From Patescibacteria group bacterium (lineage in GTDB: Bacteria > Patescibacteriota > Patescibacteriia > UBA1558 > UBA10009): a stretch of 64,000 bases of DNA. Location: assembly GCA_041662565.1 (NCBI GenBank), contig JBAZSE010000005.1, forward strand, positions 402-64,401, written 5' to 3'. Of this stretch, positions 60,901-64,000 are shown in pieces (position 1 is the first letter of the stretch; every line of letters starts with the position of its first letter). A program made the translations under genes and the position numbers. The notes beneath the pieces were generated by a model. The model was given only the letters and a program-made list of their open reading frames with translations, was not told the origin of the DNA and did no database searches.

Positions 60901-61333
60901 TGGCCCGAGGAATTTCTCCGGCTAAGCAAGCTGATAAGGCAATTAGACCATCATGGTATTTTTCCAACAGTTCCCAATCTAAGCGGGGTTTGTAATAAAA
61001 ACCTTCCAAATGGGCCAGGGTGTTAAGTTTTAATAAATTTTTATAGCCCTGTTGGTTTTTTGCCAGCAAAATCAAATGAAACGGGTGGGTATCTGCCTTG
61101 CCTTCTTTGCTTAAGCGGCTGCCAGGCGCCAGGTACGCTTCCATGCCCACAATCGGCTTAATGCCAGCTTTTTTGCATTGCTCGTAAAATTCAATAATCC
61201 CGTACATGGAACCATGATCAGTTAAAGCCAGGGCGGGCATTTTAAATTCCTTGGCTTTTTTTACCAGTTCGGGAATTTTAGGTAAGCCGTCTAGTAGGGA
61301 ATAATGGCTATGAGTATGAAGGTGAATAAACAT
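57944..61333 (-). CDS. dnaE: DNA polymerase III alpha subunit
   Basis: PHP domain HLHTHSHYSLLDG, polymerase core and OB fold; 1129 aa. Confidence 0.95.
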   Translation of the reverse strand: MFIHLHTHSHYSLLDGLPKIPELVKKAKEFKMPALALTDHGSMYGIIEFYEQCKKAGIKPIVGMEAYLAPGSRLSKEGKADTHPFHLILLAKNQQGYKNLLKLNTLAHLEGFYYKPRLDWELLEKYHDGLIALSACLAGEIPRAITSGDIKGAKELALKYLRVFGQNNFYLELQHHPNVDEQAVVNEQLIKFSQELDIPLVATNDVHYLNPEDAEAQDILLCIQTKRKQADTDRMNMMGLDASFASPEKMSNAFAHIPEALANTQKIADMCELEIELDKTLLPFFAVPSGQTDNSYLKNLCEQGLNKRYPEGINEIIRTRLDYELGIIAKTGFASYFLIVQDFVNWAKNNGIVVGPGRGSAPGSLVSYLINITNIDPIKFNLIFERFLNPERVSMPDIDLDFADTRRDEVLAYVTQKYGAGQVSQIITFGTMAARAAIRDVGRVLGISYSYCDKIAKLIPMFMGLTEAVTKVPEIKEIYQNDPQAKNLIDFSKKLEGVARHASTHACGVLITPDALDNHVPLQYASSDDKTIVSQYSLHPVVALGLLKMDFLGLKNLTIIETALEIIHKTTGEKIDIDKLPLNDEKTFKLLQRGHTTGVFQLESSGMRRYLIQLEPTDIEDIIVMISLYRPGPMELIPDYIAGKKGQTTITYLHPKLEPILKRTFGIAVYQEQITEIAQALAGFTYGEADVLRKAVGKKIKSLMVEQEEKMIKGMIANKVDKRVAKKIWEYILPFARYGFNRAHAASYAMISYQTAYLKANFPTQFMAALLTADNENIDRVALEIEECEKMGIKVLPPDINESYTIFTMVVAEDTKDQPRIRFGLSAIKNVGEHLTKAIIKERKANGPFIDLQDFLLRTQDKDLNKKSLESLIKSGALDKFGLRNELLFNIEKLLKFGKKNNDSNGQVNLFANSALAKPVLKLENAPEEDEVLKLKWEKELLGIYLSDHPMNSVKHLLPEGRTNICQLMPLGNGKMARVAGIIHNIHRVMTKNNQAMYFVTLADETGSTEVLVFPKILESTKDAWLEDEIVVVEGKTTDKDGSMKMICDSVRPIDKNLKFSSLEIKLNAEQQEKYLLELKNILPNFPGQAVVFLKIDNKTIKTGQTVKVTGELIEKLITLIGRENIILR

Positions 61334-61454
61334 ATTTGTATTTTACCTGCAAAAAATGGCTTTAGCAACCCGTGTTTCAGGCCAAAAAAACCGTTGTAAA
61401 TAAAAAGTAGAGACGCGCAATTGTGCGTCTCTACCATGAAATTGAAAAAATTGT

Positions 61455-61760
61455 TTAATTATCCGATTTGTTTTTTTTGGCAGCGGTTTTTTTGGCCTTT
61501 TTTTCCGCCACGTAATCAGCTACTTTTTTGCCTACTTCCATAACCGCGGCAAAAGTAGTGCCAAAATTAGCCACTTTTTCTTTGGATTTATCAAAAAAAT
61601 CTTTAATAGCATTTAAAGTGCCGGTAAATGTTTCCATGACCGAATTTATTTTTTTTAAAATCATGGCAAAATAATAAATCACCCAGCACAAAAAAATGGT
61701 AAACCATAAAACGCAGAAGGCGATTACTATATTTAATAGATCCTGGGAATTTTCTAACAT
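61455..61760 (-). CDS. Hypothetical small membrane protein with a Lys-rich C-terminal tail
   Basis: A single TM helix (VIAFCVLWFTIFLCWVIYYFAMIL), then an amphipathic region ending KKAKKTAAKKNKSDN. Confidence 0.45.
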   Translation of the reverse strand: MLENSQDLLNIVIAFCVLWFTIFLCWVIYYFAMILKKINSVMETFTGTLNAIKDFFDKSKEKVANFGTTFAAVMEVGKKVADYVAEKKAKKTAAKKNKSDN

Positions 61761-61785
61761 AGGTTTTTATTTTTAATTTATTAAT

Positions 61786-61936
61786 GCTCACTCGGTCAAG
61801 AAAAATTTTTCTATCCTCGGCACCCTCCTTCGTCTCGGCCTAGTCTCGTCTAAAACTCGCTAGGCGGGCGCATCATGTTGCGCCCCTACGGGTCCCGCCT
61901 CGGACAAAGAAAAATTTTTTCTTGTCCCGCGTTCGC
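61786..61936. repeat. GC-rich palindromic element, family A, between dnaE and a small minus-strand gene
   Basis: Core CACCCTCCTTCGTCTCGGCC. Stem GCCTAG/CTAGGC around loop TCTCGTCTAAAACTCG, i.e. the same architecture with a covarying stem. Flank AAAAATTTTT TIRs. Confidence 0.75.
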
Positions 61937-62009
61937 ATTTGATGTTCATTAATTTATTTTATTATACCACAATTCACCAAAAACAAAAAATGTGGTAAAA
62001 TAAAGCCAT

Positions 62010-62864
62010 ATGGTTGACTATCAAATCCATGATTTATCAGAAAGGCAGCTAAAATTTGGCTACTGGCTGTTAAATTATAAAGACCGCTTAAAAAAGATTT
62101 TACTCGGTTTTATAATTGCTTTAGGAGCAATCTTTTGGGGGCTGGCTATTTACGGCTTAGTTGTCTATTTGTCTTTTGGCGCCTCGGATCAGCAAATTGT
62201 TTTAGGCATTGTTAATAACAATATTGATTGGCAGAGTTTTAGAGAACGCAATAAACCTTTGGATTTAGTTTTTTCGGCTCCCGAACTTATTTATACCGGC
62301 AAGGGCAATTACGATATTGTGGCCCAGGCCTACAACCCCAATACCAGGAGGGGAATGGCTAAGCTGACTTATCAATTTATTGCGGATAATTTTACTTCGG
62401 CCACCGGTACCATTGTTATTTTACCTCAACAAAAAGTTTATTTATTAAGTTTGGCCAATCAAACAACCGGCCGGCTGGAAGCTCCGCAATTAAGCGTGCT
62501 GGGTCTGGCTTGGCAAAGGATCGGCGAACAGCCACAGGATCCTAATCTTCAACCTATTGGGCTGGATCAGATTAATTTTACAGCCGGCGATCTTAAAGAG
62601 CGGTCAGCGGTTTTATTTTCCGCGCGCAATAATACGTTAAAGAATTTTTGGACAGTTGGTTTTGAAGCCGTTTTATTTAACAATAACCGGATAGTCGGAG
62701 CCAACATTATTTTTGTTAATGAATTTTTAAGCGAAGAAACCAGGAATTTGGAAATGAGCTGGTTTGAATCATTGCCTGCGGTTACGCGGGTAGAAATTGT
62801 TCCGTTGGTGGATATTTACGACCCAACTGCCGTTTATTCTGTACCCGGGAAAGTCAATAAGTAG
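62010..62864 (+). CDS. Hypothetical membrane-anchored protein (284 aa) upstream of the SEDS gene
   Basis: One N-terminal TM helix and an extracytoplasmic domain. Confidence 0.45.
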   Translation: MVDYQIHDLSERQLKFGYWLLNYKDRLKKILLGFIIALGAIFWGLAIYGLVVYLSFGASDQQIVLGIVNNNIDWQSFRERNKPLDLVFSAPELIYTGKGNYDIVAQAYNPNTRRGMAKLTYQFIADNFTSATGTIVILPQQKVYLLSLANQTTGRLEAPQLSVLGLAWQRIGEQPQDPNLQPIGLDQINFTAGDLKERSAVLFSARNNTLKNFWTVGFEAVLFNNNRIVGANIIFVNEFLSEETRNLEMSWFESLPAVTRVEIVPLVDIYDPTAVYSVPGKVNK

Positions 62865-62869
62865 AATTT

Positions 62870-63988
62870 ATGTTAAAAAGGATTTTTGTTTGGCTAGAAT
62901 ACTACGATTGGTATTTAATCATCAATATAAGCTTATTGATGATTTTCGGTTTAGCTACTTTGTACAGTTTACAGCTTAATGTTGACGTGCCCAATTTTAC
63001 GATTTTTAACCACCAGCTAACTTTGGCCCTGTTTGGCTTGGCGATATTTTTATTGGTCAGTTCAATTAACTTTAAGGTTTGGAGCGATTACTACAAAATT
63101 ATTTACCTAATTGCTTTGGCCTTATTGATTTTGGTTTTAGCGGTCGGATCCCATATCCGGGGCACGACCGGCTGGCTGTATTTTTTTGGCCAGGGTTTTC
63201 AACCGGTGGAACTGGTTAAAATCGCTTTAATTATTTTTTTGGCCAGATTTTTTGCCTTGGGAAATTATCAAAATAATTTATTAAAGGGTTTGATTGTTTC
63301 GGGTTTTGGCGTTTTGCTTTTAATCGTTTTGGTTTTGCTGCAGCCGGATTTTGGTTCCAGCATGCTATTGTTTGCCACTTGGCTGGCCATGTATTTTTTA
63401 CTTCCGGTTAAACGCAAAACCATTGTGGGCCTTTTTTTGATTTTACTGGTTTTAGCTTCGGCTTTTTGGCTGTTTTTTTTGCAGGATTACCAACAAAAGC
63501 GCTTGCTGACTTTTTTAAATCCTCAAGCGGATCCTTTAGGTTCTGGTTATAATGTAAGGCAAGCCATTGTGGCGGTGGGCTCGGGCAGTTTTATTGGCCG
63601 GGGATTGGGCCTGGGCTCGCAAAGTCAGCTTAATTTTTTACCCGAACAGCAAACAGATTTTATTTTTGCCGTGATTGCGGAGGAATTGGGCTTTATTGGT
63701 GCCGGCTTGGTGCTGGTTTTGTTTTTCAGTTTGCTTTACAGAATTTATGCCATTGCCAAATTGGCCAAGGATAATTTTGCCCATTTTTTTGCTTTGGGGT
63801 TGGTCATAACTCTGGCTATCCAAATTTTTGTCAATATTGGGATGAATTTGGGTATGGCCCCGGTAACGGGCGTGCCCTTGCCTTTAATCAGCTACGGGGG
63901 CAGTTCATTAATCTCTTTACTTATCGCTTTGGGCATAATCCACAATATCCATATTAGAAACAAGAGGTCTTTATTTGCCAGGTATTAA
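62870..63988 (+). CDS. ftsW: SEDS-family peptidoglycan glycosyltransferase (FtsW/RodA)
   Basis: Ten-TM SEDS profile; conserved region PLPLISYGGSSLI. Confidence 0.8.
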   Translation: MLKRIFVWLEYYDWYLIINISLLMIFGLATLYSLQLNVDVPNFTIFNHQLTLALFGLAIFLLVSSINFKVWSDYYKIIYLIALALLILVLAVGSHIRGTTGWLYFFGQGFQPVELVKIALIIFLARFFALGNYQNNLLKGLIVSGFGVLLLIVLVLLQPDFGSSMLLFATWLAMYFLLPVKRKTIVGLFLILLVLASAFWLFFLQDYQQKRLLTFLNPQADPLGSGYNVRQAIVAVGSGSFIGRGLGLGSQSQLNFLPEQQTDFIFAVIAEELGFIGAGLVLVLFFSLLYRIYAIAKLAKDNFAHFFALGLVITLAIQIFVNIGMNLGMAPVTGVPLPLISYGGSSLISLLIALGIIHNIHIRNKRSLFARY

Positions 63989-64000
63989 GTTGGCCACTCT

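Overview
This is an AT-rich (about 38-40% GC by eye), very compact window in which almost every gene is on the plus strand and most are core housekeeping genes. The content and style suggest a streamlined Patescibacteria/CPR-like bacterium, but that is an inference; no taxonomic marker was verified. The standard genetic code is in use: TGA serves as a stop, for example in the TGATG overlap at the recO end / next-gene start (2326-2330), and the ORFs reach their expected lengths. Genes from start to end of the window are as follows. The 3' part of ileS, then recO, a large membrane-anchored repeat protein, tgt, gpsA, glyQS, an M16 peptidase, an AI-2E permease, rsmI and metG. Then cvpA, a TatD hydrolase carrying an inserted serine-hydrolase domain, rmuC and a NUDIX hydrolase. 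A complete F1Fo ATP synthase operon follows (atpZ-like, atpB, atpE, atpF, atpH, atpA, atpG, atpD, atpC). Next come a UvrD-type helicase fused to a RecB-family nuclease, pheS, pheT, gyrB, corA, panD, an EamA transporter and an asparaginase. A divergent ArsR/SdpI-like pair follows, then secE-nusG-rplK-rplA. A thymidylate/dNTP module comes next (dCMP deaminase, a T4 gene-1-like dNMP kinase, dut, folA, thyA, tmk), followed by a secreted Zn phospholipase-C-like protein and gatB. Then an L,D-transpeptidase with thrombospondin-type Ca-binding repeats, an AsnRS/AspRS catalytic-core paralog, a 1003-aa beta-helix surface protein, tRNA-Arg(CCG), miaA, thrS, dnaE and an FtsW/RodA-family protein. The most interesting non-coding content: (1) a family of at least 7 GC-rich, TIR-flanked palindromic elements of 80-150 bp in intergenic regions, including one inside the atp operon and one inside thyA-folA; an internal stem is kept by compensatory substitutions between copies. 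(2) A second family of palindromic mini-elements of about 45-50 bp with core TCGAGCT-N-AGCTCGA, in 4 copies; two are inserted in-frame inside essential genes (metG and the helicase), resembling Rickettsia palindromic elements. (3) A 600-bp ORF-free GC-rich island between atpC and the helicase gene that looks like structured ncRNA; its identity is not resolved, with RNase P RNA or tmRNA as candidates. (4) A 328-bp structured spacer inside the atp operon between atpG and atpD. No CRISPR array, rRNA or recognisable transposase was seen.
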